Positions 11,964-24,611 of a stretch of DNA of 64,000 bases are shown here, one piece after another. The notes beneath the pieces were generated by a model. The model did no database searches. It saw nothing but the letters and a program-made list of their open reading frames with translations, and was not told where the DNA came from. Location: assembly GCA_907165135.1 (NCBI GenBank), contig OU015568.1, positions 16,627,208 to 16,691,207 on the forward strand, written 5' to 3'. Origin of the DNA: Oikopleura dioica. Its lineage: Eukaryota > Animalia > Chordata. Each line of letters begins with the position of its first letter. The first letter of the stretch is position 1. The position numbers and the translations under genes were made by a program.

Positions 11964-14900
11964 AAAAAAACTGCTCATTTTTCGTTCTTTTATATTTCTT
12001 GTATTTTGAGTTCTTTCTTTTAGAATTTCGTTTATTATATATTTTCTAGGAATAAATATTAAAACCAATTATAAAGATAAATAAAAAATAGAGTTCCTTC
12101 AACAATTATTATTTCCCTTTCCTTCTCATCTTTTTCAATTAAATTATCTATTAAATTTTCCCGATATCAATGTGATCTCCTTATTTCCTGCATTTAAGAC
12201 TTTTTCTGTCCACTTATAACCCTAAACTAAAGTAGCAGAAAGTAAATTCCGAAGCATGAATTTGAAATTTCTTCTTTAGGCCCTCATGTTTTCCATTTAT
12301 CACCCAGTCACTCTCTCTTTTATCCCGTTTAAAAAAATAATCTCGTTTCAATTATTGGCGTATTAAAAAACAGCTCACTCTGTCCAAAAACAACAAAAAA
12401 AAGTTACAGTTATTGAACATTTAAAAAAGCAACAATAGATCTTCCCCTAAGAGTGTCTCTCTTGGAGTACTATTTTTTCATAAAATAAGATCAACCAAAA
12501 TTAAGGACTCTCCGTAAAGAAATTTGTTTTTAGGGGGGGTATGTAACGATGTCCTTGCTGCTGAATCCCCTCGAATATAATCCAGGTAAGCGCTTTTGTC
12601 AGAATTGGAATTAGAAATCTTCTGTTTTTGAGTTTATTCAAGCGAATACTGAATTAACTTGACTAGAGTTATTAAAATCAAAAGCGTAGATGATCCATGA
12701 ATAGATTCATAAGATAAGATCAGATTAGTCAAGAACTTTCTGACAGAAAGAAGTTTGAAAAAAGTTACATAACAAATGAGTAGCAAGGTCACTTTATTTT
12801 GAAATGCATGTCAGTTGCAAATAGACTGACCAAACTTTCTCCCCTGCCCAAGTTTTTACGAGTCTCAGTTTGAACTTTGTGCTAACTCATTATTTCCCTA
12901 TTCGCAAATTAAATATCGCTGTGGTGTGATATTTCCCCGAACTTGCAATTTCAACTGTAAATCATAAGAGAAAAAGGCCATAAGAAAAAACAACAAAGAG
13001 GGCAGTTTTTGTTGTTTGGTCGTTAGTCCATTTTCCGTGTTATCAATTTTACGAGAAAGTAAAAAGTGATCAATTTTCGATTGTCTGATTATTTATGACT
13101 TTGGTCGAGGGCTGGTTACTCCAGCACACTTTATTTTAATCCACAGGCGAGCTGAATTTGTGGTTAATCGAGTGAATGATGATTGGCAATGGTCATCATT
13201 GGAGGAAGGGCGCATTTCCGGAGTCCGGAAATCAAGGATTTTTGGACTGGAATCGATGATGTTCGAATTGATTTTTTTATTTGACGGAAACTGAGATTGT
13301 TACTCCACCACGTTGTTGGAGGAGCAGCACCACACCAGCACCAGTCAGTTGTTGGCTTTGTGCCATAAGCTGAGGCAGTGGTGTCTCTAAACGAGGTGGC
13401 TAGTGGTGGCTGGGGTTGAATTATATCCGTGCCAGCGCTGAGTATGACATTGAGCGTGTTGTGGCTGGCTGGTGGTGGAGGTGGCGCGCCCCGAGGCGCC
13501 AAAACTCTGTGTCCCTTCTAACATTTTTGGCATCGAGCATCGAGGTGCGTCGCCTCTGCTGCTTATGTAACCTCGGTCTGTGACAAACAGTGTCAATCGT
13601 ACACGCAGATCGACACACGTCCTGGCGCGCTCCTTTAGATCGCCAGCCACACTCTTAACGACTCGATATTGCCACGTGAAATAAGACGAGCACGCGTTCA
13701 AGCAACTTGCCACCAAGCTCCTCCCAAGCCAACCTCAGAGAGACTTAAATGCCCAATCCCTTTTCTTTTCCAATCCAAGAGAGCTAACTTTGAAGAGATT
13801 ATTTTAAACAAGAAAACTTCTGCAGAAGAAAATGATTCTAGGTAAATCCACTTTCCTTTTTTTGACCTGCGCGCCTTCGCCCGTGTTAATCTTTCTAAAG
13901 GGGCTTATCGCAAGAAGGCGAAAATTCGTGGCCAAGTTCATGATCTTCTTTTTATTTGAATTCGTGGAGGAGGGGGAAAAAAGTTACCTTGGGAAAGAGC
14001 TCGTATCGAATTTGGAATCTTTTGATTGGAAGAGTAAATAGGAAGAGTCTTTGTTGATTTCCAAAAAAGTTCATTTGCCTTAGTTGAAAAAGTTTTTTTT
14101 GACTAGTCAATTTTTAACGGCTTCATACTGTGTTGATTATTATGAGGATTGAAGCTTCGGGCGTGGCAATGTATTCAAACGAGATTCAAGCTGTTTTGTT
14201 GAATATATTTTATCACATCTTGCAACAATCTGGGACCACTTTTTTCAGGAAATGAATCTATTAATTGATCAAGGCCTTATTATCGATTTTTTATTCATGC
14301 GTTTGCGTAACCCAAATTAGGTTGAAATTGGAATAAAGAAAGTTTCTCTTTTTGCTTGAATTACGTAGAAAACTGTCCCAGTAAAGTTTTACTGTTCCAT
14401 AAAGTGGCAGTTTATCACTCTGACAGTCTTGCCAATCTTTGCCTTCTTGAATGAAGAATATCCGAGTTTGTCTTTTGAGAGAATTTTTCCAAGTGAACTT
14501 TTTTAGACACAACGCTCCCGAGGGCCTGGCCAATTCGGAGAAGTCGATTGATTTCGTAAATATTGGTCTGGTTTATGAGCTCATTAAGAATTGCCAAATG
14601 GAACCATTCATTGGCCAGAGTGGCCCACTGATTAGCAATTAGGAGGGAGGAAAAGAAACACGGAGTTAATAAATGAGGGTATAAGATATCCTCAGATTTA
14701 TAATTCTTTTACTGCGGGGCATGTTAGTACAAAGGACGCATCGTTTTTGCTTGCCATGGTGGTTTTTGTAAAAGATTGATGACTGTTATGTAATAGGGTG
14801 AGTCAAGTGTAGAAATAGAAGGTCTAAGAGAAAGCTGATGGAATAAAAGTGAGTTAGAATTATATTCTGTCGAAGGCTATTTAAAAAAGCTCTAATTCAA

Positions 14901-15194
14901 GGTGGCTTCTTTGTCAATTTAAGACTCTGCTCGTTTCCTGTACGTGATGTTCTTCAGGGCAAGGAACGAGCGTTTGATTGATTAGCCTGAGTTTCAGACA
15001 AATTTAAGAATCTTTAGTGCGCGTGGACTTTATTTTGAAATTCGCTGTAATCCTTTCGACAGAGAAGGATATATGTAGATGAGGAGGGCGTCATCGTCCT
15101 GGCTCTCTCCAGATGATGTCGCTCTATGAATCTGTTATTTGTTTTGTCAGAAGGGCCAGCTAGAGCTCAGACGATACTAACTTTCAGTTTGAAA

Positions 15195-17664
15195 ATGGTC
15201 ACCGATCAGAATGATAACATTAAAATAATCGACCCCTATTACAATAAAGAGTTAGAAGCGTTGTATTATGAGCGGCAAAAATGGGATGCGATCGTAGAAA
15301 TGATGTCCCCGGATCCGTGCGATCCTTACATCACCTCTTCTGGTAATTAATCCAATAGAAGTATTGATTTTATTAGAAAAGAAAATACTAGCGGGCGGAA
15401 AACTGGGTCAAGTTCATTTTTGTTTTCATCTTATTTTTACTCTGGCTCTTTATTAGTTTTATGTCATTGTTTTTTTTCAAAATCATGGAAAAAGGAAAAG
15501 GTAACTGATAAGACTTATTTCGTGCTCGAACTCACTAAGTCCAAAATAAACAAGGGAATTTCCTTTTTCAGTGATCTGAAGTCAACACACTGAGTTGAAA
15601 TGAAGTTTGACTCTCATGTTTGTCCTGTGAGTGAACACGATTTTTTTAGAGGAAATAGAAAAAAAAGTAAAAATTGGAAAGCTCAACTTCAAATATTTTT
15701 CATTAGCAGACTATTGAACTAACTGTGAATCTGTTCAGTCGAAGGGGAAATGGATCGTCTTCGTATAATGACCACAGATCTCAATTCTTACCCGATGGAC
15801 GACATCAAGACTGAGCCGCACATTTTGATCAAGCAAGAATGTCAGCAATCGCAACAGTCGTTTTTCGTCAAATCCGAGATCCAGGACTACGACGAGGTGA
15901 GTCCGAGCAAACAAATAGCCAACGTTGCGTAACATTCGAGCCAAGGTCAACATCTTGCCTGCGCACACTCCACCAACGCCGCCCGAAGACGTTTCCCTGC
16001 CAGTTGTCGGATCCAACACCAAATACATCAGCGGCTCCTCGACCCCTCAGACCCCGGTTTACGAATGTAGCCTTTACGTCCGAGGGGAAGTGTCAATGTA
16101 AGTCCTTCTTTCGAAGCCCTGAAATCAACGAGGACTCATCTCAAAGTCAAAATCCCCTCCGACTTTTTTGACGTCAAAGCCCGCTTTCTATTCACATATT
16201 CCATCGGAATCTGCCAGCGCTTAGTTTAACATTCGTTTCTTCAGGATTGAAAAAGTGGAATTTTTTACGAATCCAAACTGCCCGAATCCCAGTTACACGA
16301 AGGACTACCCCCCTTTCGAGATGACCGAAAGAATCACTCAAAACAAAGAAGTCACCGTCCGCCTGTTCTTCAAGACGGATGCGAGCTTCTGCCCCACAGT
16401 TCGTCTCCCAGTCAAAGTCGATAGGTGAGTCCCAGATCGATAAAGAGACTCCTCTCGTAACTCATCCTCCTTTAGCACGAATAGCGGCTACATCCACGGC
16501 GGAGTCGAAGTGCCAGTAGAGATCCCCGGCAGCCAGCAAAACGAAATGAAGGACAAGAAGATCGCCGAAATCGCTAAATGGCTCGAGCAGGACAAGATGG
16601 ACGACACGTCGCCCATTCTCAACCAGGACATCAAGCAAGAGCCCATGCAGACGATCTTCTTGCAGAACACGCCGACCATCAACGCCGCGCCGAGCAACAC
16701 GACGATGCACACGATCACTGGCACGAACGGCGCGCTCTGGAAAACCTCCTCCGCACCTGCTAGTCCGCTGAGCCAAGTGACGACGCCAATAGACAATACG
16801 AGAACACGATCTGCCTCATCAAGGTGAGCCAGTGCATTCTTTCCTATTTTTCCTAATTAAAAATTCGCAGCCCGACTGCCCGGTCACAGACTGTCCTACC
16901 AAATCCGTGCTGCCGCATCCAACATTCGTCCTTTCCCTCCCAAGACGATAACGTGCCCTCCGTTCGCCCCATTGTCGAAGGAGAACCTACCTACAAACGC
17001 CGTCCTGGTAAAGATTCTCGAATAAGCAATCCCTAACTAAAGTTTAGGCCCGATCAATCTGATCCCTGCAAACCCTCCGAAATTCACGCCGATCTCAGTT
17101 GCCGACAATCGCACTATCTTGCACACGATTAACTCCATCCCCAGTGATCGTGTTCACACAGATCAGGTACAGAATTGTTCATAAAAGCCAATTTCGAATC
17201 ATCTTGTTCAAATTTCTAACCGGGCTTGTTTTTAGATCAGCACCATCGGCATCGAGTCGCTGCCCACGATCACCCTGTCCGAACAGCCTCAACAACCGCA
17301 GCAGATCTTTTTGACGAGCCAGAACGTCTCGCCAAAAGTGTCGCAAGTGAGGATCATCAACGATGCTGTCCCAACCATACACAGTACTTCGCTCAAACCC
17401 GAGTTCTTCGTCACTCGCACAAACGATGTTGATTCCAACACGACAGAGATCACCGTCGGCCCTCCTCAAACCATTACACAAGACAACGTAAGTCTCTTTT
17501 GCTTGAGAGAGTTAGTTAATTCAACACAATTAAATCTGATTCAGGATCATTTGCGAAACCAGCGATCTGGGCGAAAATGTAGAAAAGTGTACGGCGTCAG
17601 CAACCGATCGATGTGGTGCACCGCTTGCCGGTGGAAAAAAGCATGCAGGCGATTTCCATCGTAG
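15195..17664 (+). CDS. C-clamp (CR3) domain protein of the ZNF395/ZNF704/SLC2A4RG type
   Basis: C-terminal [28 protein letters not shown] is the C-clamp signature. Multiple psi-K-x-E motifs (IKTE, IKQE, VKSE). Internal exon boundaries are uncertain. Confidence 0.75.
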
Positions 17665-18078
17665 GGAGAAATCGGGCTTCATTATCAAAAAAAATTAGTA
17701 ATTATATTCCAGAGAATCACTCTTCTCTTCTTTCCCTTCTTAGTATCAAAGTGGGATAGATCGTTTTTGCCTCTTTCACTTATTTCTCTTCAAGAAATCG
17801 TGTACTCTGCCTGCAAGTGTAACAAATTTTGCTCAGAATCGACCTGAAAAGAACCCACTACTCGATTCCTATTCTACTATCTAATTATTACTATTATTTG
17901 GTACAGCTTCGGTACGAATTTGGCCGTTTTCGAAATCGCTTATTAAATCTTTCCTTCTTTAGAAAAAAAATACCGTAAAATCGCATTTAGGGGAGATCTA
18001 ACTAAATCTTTCTCAAAATCCCTGACAGATATATTTATTAGTAATTTATATATATATAAAGAATTTTGTAAAAACCTA

Positions 18079-18175
18079 CCAGGTGGTGATCGGTGCGTAG
18101 GCGAACCCCAAATGGTCAGATCCCCGCTGGGGCGACCCCGAACCCGCCGGGGTTGTTTCGAGCCACTGGCTTTTT
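18079..18175 (+). ncRNA. Candidate unclassified structured small RNA (Pol III-like)
   Basis: GC-rich island in AT-rich DNA. Closing stem CCAGGTGGT/GCCACTGG followed by T5, internal hairpin CGACCCCG/CGGGGTTG, and a TATA-like tract at 18047-18060. Confidence 0.35.
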
Positions 18176-19107
18176 ATTAATTATTTAATTCCCGTATTGC
18201 GCCCGATCCGATGCTCATTCTTAGGTCGTTTATGTATCCGGCTTTTACCAAGAGCCAAAAAGAGACATCACTGAAAAGATATTTACAGATGTACAGTTAC
18301 TTGTCGTCAAACTTTACTAGGTGTATCAATGGGTAGTTTAGGATATTTCAATTTGAAGTAGAGTAATTTATTTTGCTCTTCTTCTTCCCGGCAGCATAGA
18401 ATCATCCCTATTTATCCTGAAAAAACTTTAAAGTAAAATTTGGACCAAGCGAGAAAGAATACGGATTAGTTACTAAGATATTAGGGCTGATTACATGAAA
18501 CAACGTCACAGAAACCTCGTTCTTTTGCCGTCGTTCTTGGCTCAAGATTTTTGAATTCAAGAGCGCTATTTTCCGAGGTCAGAGTTTTCTCAATTGTCCG
18601 GTAAAATACGCAGAGTTCGGAACAGAGCAGCTGCTTTTATTATTTTCTCACGTCCGCACTCTGCGTACGTGACTGGACACTATCAAGCTCCCGCTCTGTA
18701 GGAAATCCTCGCCTCGAAAAATATCGAATCTTGCCCGACTCCGCCAGAACGCGGCACCCTCACAGTATCATATCTGTGTGTACAGTGATTCCTACAAAAC
18801 ATACTTTTGTAAACTGGCTGCTCAGTCTTAAAAAAAATGTTCAAGGAGCGCCAAACAAAACTCTTTAAAATTTGAGGTGAATATTATAACCAAAAAACAT
18901 ATCATATTTCTACTCTTTTTAAAAACAAACCGACTCTCTCTTTGTTCAACTCACGAAACATATATTCACCTTGCGTTGGAACGACTGAAAAAGGCTCGTA
19001 GCTACTTTATACAGTAAACTTTCAAAAACGAAAAGAATCGATGCTTGTAATTCTGAGCCGACCCTTGTTTCTACGGACAACAAATTTATTTTAAACCCGA
19101 CTGTTCA

Positions 19108-19284
19108 TAGAACTTGTCAAAGAGGAACACAGATGCGCGTCATTTTCGGTGTTTTCTTCCTCTAAAAAATCATTTCTGGAGGAAGAAAGTATCTCCGAAG
19201 ATGACGCGCATCTGCGCTTCTCTCTGACAAGTTCTAGGAGCTTTTTTCCACCGAGGGAATTTCTCTCGGCTGGAAAAAAGCTCC
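19108..19284. repeat. Two abutting near-perfect palindromes (19108-19236 and 19237-19284)
   Basis: TAGAACTTGTCA...CAGATGCGCGTCAT pairs with ATGACGCGCATCTG...TGACAAGTTCTA. GGAGCTTTTTTCCA pairs with TGGAAAAAAGCTCC. Confidence 0.8.
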
Positions 19285-20116
19285 ATGAATAACCCGCTAT
19301 CTAAAGTCGGACCATCTTTTCTTCAATTTAATCTGTCCCGACCCGGGCGGTTTCCTTACAAAAAAAAGCATCGATGATTTTTCAAACCAACACGCAAAAA
19401 AATTGGCCCTCTACTCATTTGTTCCCCGACTCATTCCTCCTACAGATCCATCCACATTCTTGTTGTCTACACAGCCTTTGAAGGAGTTGCAACGCGAGTC
19501 GTTCAGCTGCGCTGGCGTCAGTGCTAGATTTGTTATTTTTATTATTTCCCATCAAAAAGTTCGCGTACCTCTACCTTATCAATTTCATAAAATATTTATT
19601 AATTTGTATATTTCAATGATAAAAATAATAATATTTGATCCTCTTTAAGTTCCCACTCCTAGTTTCTCCAAGATCTTTTATTTATACTTTCTCCTTTTAT
19701 TTTTATTCACATTTATTACTACTGGTATTATCCTGTCCTTTCTTACTTTTCTTAATTTAGCGGCCGCAAAATATTATTTTGCCGGTCCGTCCAGCTAGTT
19801 CTGGTTTAGTTAAAATGTATTTACCTTAGGACACGCGTCCGGTTAAAATACTCACCTGTCGATTTTCCTCGAATCTTGGCAAAAGTATTAAAACAAAAAC
19901 AAAAAACAAACAGTTAAAAAACTGCCTTTGCCACTATTTTCCGATAGGTTTGAAATTTAAAGATTCTGCTCGGCTGGATTACTGTTCGATTTACGTAATA
20001 AAATTGCGTTGAACTCGGAAACAAAACAAAAAAAAAAACAAAACAAAGTGTTGTTTATTCGTTGTTTGATCGTTGTTGTTATAGATTGCAAATTGCATTA
20101 CAGAAAGAGTGAAAGG

Positions 20117-22371
20117 ATGAGAATGGAGGCTGGGCTCGGCAATCTGTGTAGAAAAACTGAGTCAGGGTTCTGAAAGGGTTAAATGAAAAGCCGCGTTTTT
20201 ATTAACGAAGCCGCAGAAAATACCAATTCCAAGCTTTGCGGCTTCGTTCATAAAAAATCCGCTACGCGGCTTTTCATTCAGCTCTTTCAGACCCCTAACT
20301 CAGGCTGTTTACACAGGTTCCCGAGCCCAGTCTGGAGGAGTTACCAAAGGTCGAGCTGCATGCGCACCTTAACGGCAGCCTCAGTCAAAATACCATATGT
20401 AAATTGGCAGGAAGCGTTGTAAATTGCAGAAATAGATAGATTTAGAACCAACTTTCTCTTGTAGGAAAAATATTTATACAACTTGCAAACAGAGTTAAAA
20501 GGCTGCAGACCACCAGATTTTCAAATAAAAGAAGGAGAAGCAATCGACCTGGAAAACGTTTTTGATGTGTTCAAGGCAGTTCAAGGATCAGGAGTTCGAA
20601 AGTAGCGGCCCGAGTGGCAGATATTGAGTTGAGCAAGTGTTGATCCTCAGTGCTAGAATTGACGGACTCGGCAGAAGCGGTCGAGTTGGCTGCGTTTTTG
20701 ACAGCGAGGGAGTTCGCGGAAGATGGTGTCAAGTATCTGGAGTTAAGTCACAGTCGGAATTCATCTCTGTCTTCTCCTGAATATATGATTTTACTTTTGA
20801 CACCTTTATTTCTTCATCCTTCGCAGAAGTGTTGAATTCTTTCCTAAGATCTACGCCAAGAGGAAAGTGGTACGTTGAAGCTGTTTTGGAAGGGTTAGAA
20901 AATTAAGATTTTGGAACAATTCGAGTTCAAATATGACTTGAATAGAGACAACCTTAACCGTCATCCTTATCCCTTACCTATATAATATATCTATAATATC
21001 TATAATAATATCTAACTTATCTAAAGCGTGGAATCGAAAAAGCTGAACAAGGTCATCCCAAAATACAAGTTCGTTTCCTCCTCTCAATCGATAGAGCACG
21101 CGGGGTCGAGCATGTACAAGCCGTGCTAAGGTTACTCGATGAATTCAGCACGCATAAATATGTAGTAGGTGCGTATTAAAAGCATTGATCAAGAAGCGTA
21201 AATCCGATCAGGCATCGATGTATCAGGAAATCCAGCAAAAGGAGCTGACGCTCAAGATGCTATTGTCAAGTGTTTGGAAGAGGTGAAAGCTGGAGGAAGA
21301 TTTAAGGGGGTATCAGACGAAAATAAAGCTATAGGACTGATGATGTTTGATATCCTTGTTGAAGATAGCCGCTCATCTAGGGTAGGTGCATGTTTATTCG
21401 GAAATTCTTGCGAGAGAAATTATTGTGAGAATTTATTTGTTACAATATAATATGGTAAGCACTCAATTAAGTGAGAGCGAAGATTCCCTGCTCGATGCTG
21501 AGAGCCTGCTACGCCTTACAGACCGAATTGGTAAGACTGTCGAAATTTTATAAGCGAGGGAAACTTTTTAATTTTATCTACTGAATTTCCCAGGCCACGG
21601 TACATTTATTGTTGGCGATTCGAAGCTAATGGATCTTGCGCGTGACAAACCCTTTGAGCTCTGTCTCACTTCCAATATCATCAACAGGTTTATACTTAAG
21701 GGACCACCCGCACCGAGCTCGCGCCGCTTTTCAAAAGCGCAGAACTATTCCTTATCTTCCTCAATTTTTTATAAATTTATCAGATCAAGTTATTTGAAAT
21801 TCTTTTTTATTAATCTTTTCAAATAAGTTCATTTATAATCGTTTAATCATGTGATTACATCACTCACCCAGATTTTATTCAATAATCCTATCCGACGAAA
21901 TTGAATCAACATAAAGTTTCTAACTCCTTTAGGACACGGGATTCCTACGAGACCCATCATTTCGGTGATTTATTCAAGCTGAACCACCCGCTTTGCATCT
22001 GCACAGACGACAAGGGTTTATTCGGAGCATCATTGTCTGACGAATACAGAAATATTGAACGCGCCTTCAAATTGGGGAAGAAGACTCTTTTCGATATCTC
22101 AAAGAAAGCTATAGAAAAACGGGTTGCGAAAGATTTCATAAACTTAAGTTCATAAATCAGCTGGCAACGGTTGACTTGAGCAGCCTTTGTCCTCCTTGAT
22201 TTCAATTCAAAAGCTCTGATTTATGAATTTTAATCCTGGCTACCGTTTCCAGGGCAAGCTGTGGAATTTGCTTTAATCCATTTAACAACCCTGAAAGAGT
22301 ATATTTTCGACGAATCTGCGAAAACTGCCCTTTACTCGATTTTCGACGAGTTCGAATCTGTTCATTTTTAG
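20117..22371 (+). CDS. ADAL: Adenosine deaminase-like protein (N6-methyl-AMP deaminase family)
   Basis: ELPKVELHAHLNGSLS, REFAEDGVKYLEL...STPR, VVGIDVSGNP, RIGHGTFI, PFELCLTSNI, HHFGDLFKLNHPLCICTDDKGLF. Several non-canonical introns; the 3' end is approximate. Confidence 0.88.
20130..20330. mobile_element. hAT-like MITE, complete 201-bp palindromic copy inside the ADAL start region
   Basis: TIRs CTGGGCTCGGCAATCTGTGTA and TACACAGGTTCCCGAGCCCAG. Flanks AATGGAGG (20122-20129) and TCTGGAGG (20331-20338) resemble an 8-bp TSD. Confidence 0.8.
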
Positions 22372-22502
22372 AGAATATTTTGCCTTTTCTTTTTATGAAA
22401 AAGTTCGACATCCGCTCTTTTGTTCTGTAAGAAAAAAAATGACTCAATTTCGAATTTATTTAATGAATTCCCTTTGCTAGTTAGTTTTCAGATAAAAGAG
22501 CA

Positions 22503-23630
22503 ATGAGCAAAAAAGTGACGCTTTTGCAATGCGGAAGCTTCAATCCGCCGCACCTGATGCATTTGCGCAGCCAGGAGCTGGCGAAAATCCACTTGGAGAA
22601 GCTTCAACGCACCGTGATTGCCGGCTGGATGTCGCCGGTATCAGATGGTTACAAGAAGACGGGATTAGGTAAATATTTCGACTCGAGCCATGTGAGCGCT
22701 CATACGTGAGCTTGTCGACTTTCTCAAGCCCGGCGAGCGCGACATGGGAACTTTGATTATGGATAAAACTAATTAAATTCATATTCTTTCTGTTTATTTT
22801 GAAAATATTTTCGAAAAGTCTATTTTTTAATAATTGAGTTTCCGTAGTTTCCTCAAAGCATCGCATCGAAATGCTAAAACGCGCGACCAGGGATTCAAAC
22901 TGGATCAAGGTCTCCACCTGGGAAGCGGACAAACCCGAATGGACCCCGACAGCTGAAGTTGTTCAATTTCATGTGGAAAAGTCAAAGGAAGAATTTGACG
23001 CGCAAACTTATCTTTTACGTAAGCGACAGTTTTAAGTTTTGAGTTCTAAGAGGATTTTTTTCAAATCATATTTTGCAAAGCTTTTGTAAATTTCAGTCGG
23101 CGGCGATGCATTTGCGAGCTTTAATCGACCAAATCTATGGACTGATTCGGATGTAGAAATGATTGCTTCAAATGGCATTATCGTTATTGCAAGGTACTAA
23201 TGCTTTTTTAATGCGGTAAAAGCTTTATGAGAGCCCCTCAAATAGACAATTTCAAAATTTGTTCAAAATTCCCCGTGGATTTGAATGTGGCACCCGCTCT
23301 CGCCTTTGCCATTGAGCAAGAACAATGAAATTAAGGAAGAACTTCAAGTTGAACTTTTCTTTTAGAGAAGGAAGCAATGTCGAAAATGTCATCAATGAAA
23401 ATAAGATTCTGAGTCAATACAAAAGTAATATCGAAGTTGTCGATCCCGGAATCGTAAATGGCCTTTCTTCGACTTACATTCGCCAGCTGCTGAGGCAGAA
23501 GCAGTCGATAAAATATTTGGTCCCGGAAGAATTGAGAAAGTACTTGGAAGAGAATGAAATTTACTCGTCCGAGTCTGAGTGTTCCAATAAAGATACAGTT
23601 CTTGCGCCTCTTCAGATGTACACTAAATAA
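22503..23630 (+). CDS. NMNAT: Nicotinamide mononucleotide adenylyltransferase
   Basis: LLQCGSFNPPHLMHLR, MSPVSDGYKKTGL, HRIEMLKRATRDSNWIKVSTWE, LLVGGDAF-type segment, and GLSSTYIRQLLRQKQSIKYLVPE. Confidence 0.92.
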
Positions 23631-23671
23631 AACGAATGTAAATATGGCCTCATTTCCATTATCGTAGAAAG

Positions 23672-24538
23672 ATGAATGAGCATGATGATCGCGTCCCTCA
23701 CTCATCGGGAATTACTGAGGCCTCAGAAAATCTGGTCGGAACGGGGCGAGTTTTGGACGAATTCTCGTGCGATATTTGTGGAATGTCAGCGCCATACGAA
23801 GTTTATGACGACAGACCTCCGAAAAGAGGAGTCACCAGGTAATGTCCTGAATAAAATTATAGGGCTAAAAATATACAGCAAATGATCATTCAATTCCGTA
23901 AAAAGGACGATTCGATACCGAGAAAAATGTTACATTATGCAGGATCCATTCCGACCCCCTTCCGAAAGACTTCCGTTAGTCGTCGGAGCTCCTTGCAGCG
24001 GTAAGTGGCCTCGGGAGCGTTCAATTTGAATCTAGAATTTTCCAGAATGCGACCGAAAGATGGTTTGTATGGAGTGCTCACTTTTCTTCAGTCGAAGATT
24101 TTGGTAAGCAACTTTTTCAAAACGAGGGGAAATTGAAGAGAGAAATGAGCACTGGGAGAAGGAGTTCGTTCTTGTAGATATAGAAGTAGCTAAAGGTAGA
24201 GGATCAAGCTGGCTGGAATTCGGTGACTGTTTCCTTGACCATTTCCTGAGTGGAAGGGCTTATGTTTAGCCTCCCCTTAGATACAAATCCGGGATTAAAC
24301 TCCTCTAACTCCATGTTTTAGCATCAAGTGTGTGCGTAGATACGAATCCGAATTTCCACACCAACTGGGCAAAGAAATCAAGGAAGAGTTCATGTCAGAA
24401 TAAGTGCGTTTTCTTCCGTTTTCAAAGGATAGAGCTGAACTCAAACGAAAGAAATTGAAAGACCACTACGAAAAAGTGAAGGAACAGTCGAAGATCGACA
24501 AGATCGAAGCGAGTAGATCTGGGAAGTCCAAAAAGTAG
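23672..24538 (+). CDS. CDPF1: Cysteine-rich DPF motif protein 1
   Basis: FSCDICGMSAPYEV...YIMQDPFRP...VVGAPCSECD...CMECSLFFSRRFCIKCV. The stop is ambiguous (about 24403, 24458 or 24538 depending on the last splice). Confidence 0.8.
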
Positions 24539-24611
24539 CGATCTTGCCAGGACTCGAACCTGGAATCTTCTGCTCCGTAGGCAGACGCGTTATCCATTGC
24601 GCCACAAGACC
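24539..24611 (-). tRNA. tRNA-Arg-ACG: tRNA-Arg (ACG)
   Basis: Reverse complement GGTCTTGTGGCGCAATGGATAACGCGTCTGCCTACGGAGCAGAAGATTCCAGGTTCGAGTCCTGGCAAGATCG: 73 nt, full cloverleaf, A and B boxes, T5 terminator 4 nt downstream. Confidence 0.97.

Noticed and set aside
13164-13716. Overlapping minus-strand ORFs (112 and 109 aa)
   Set aside because: No domain, splice support or codon pattern; more likely GC-rich promoter or UTR sequence of the C-clamp gene.
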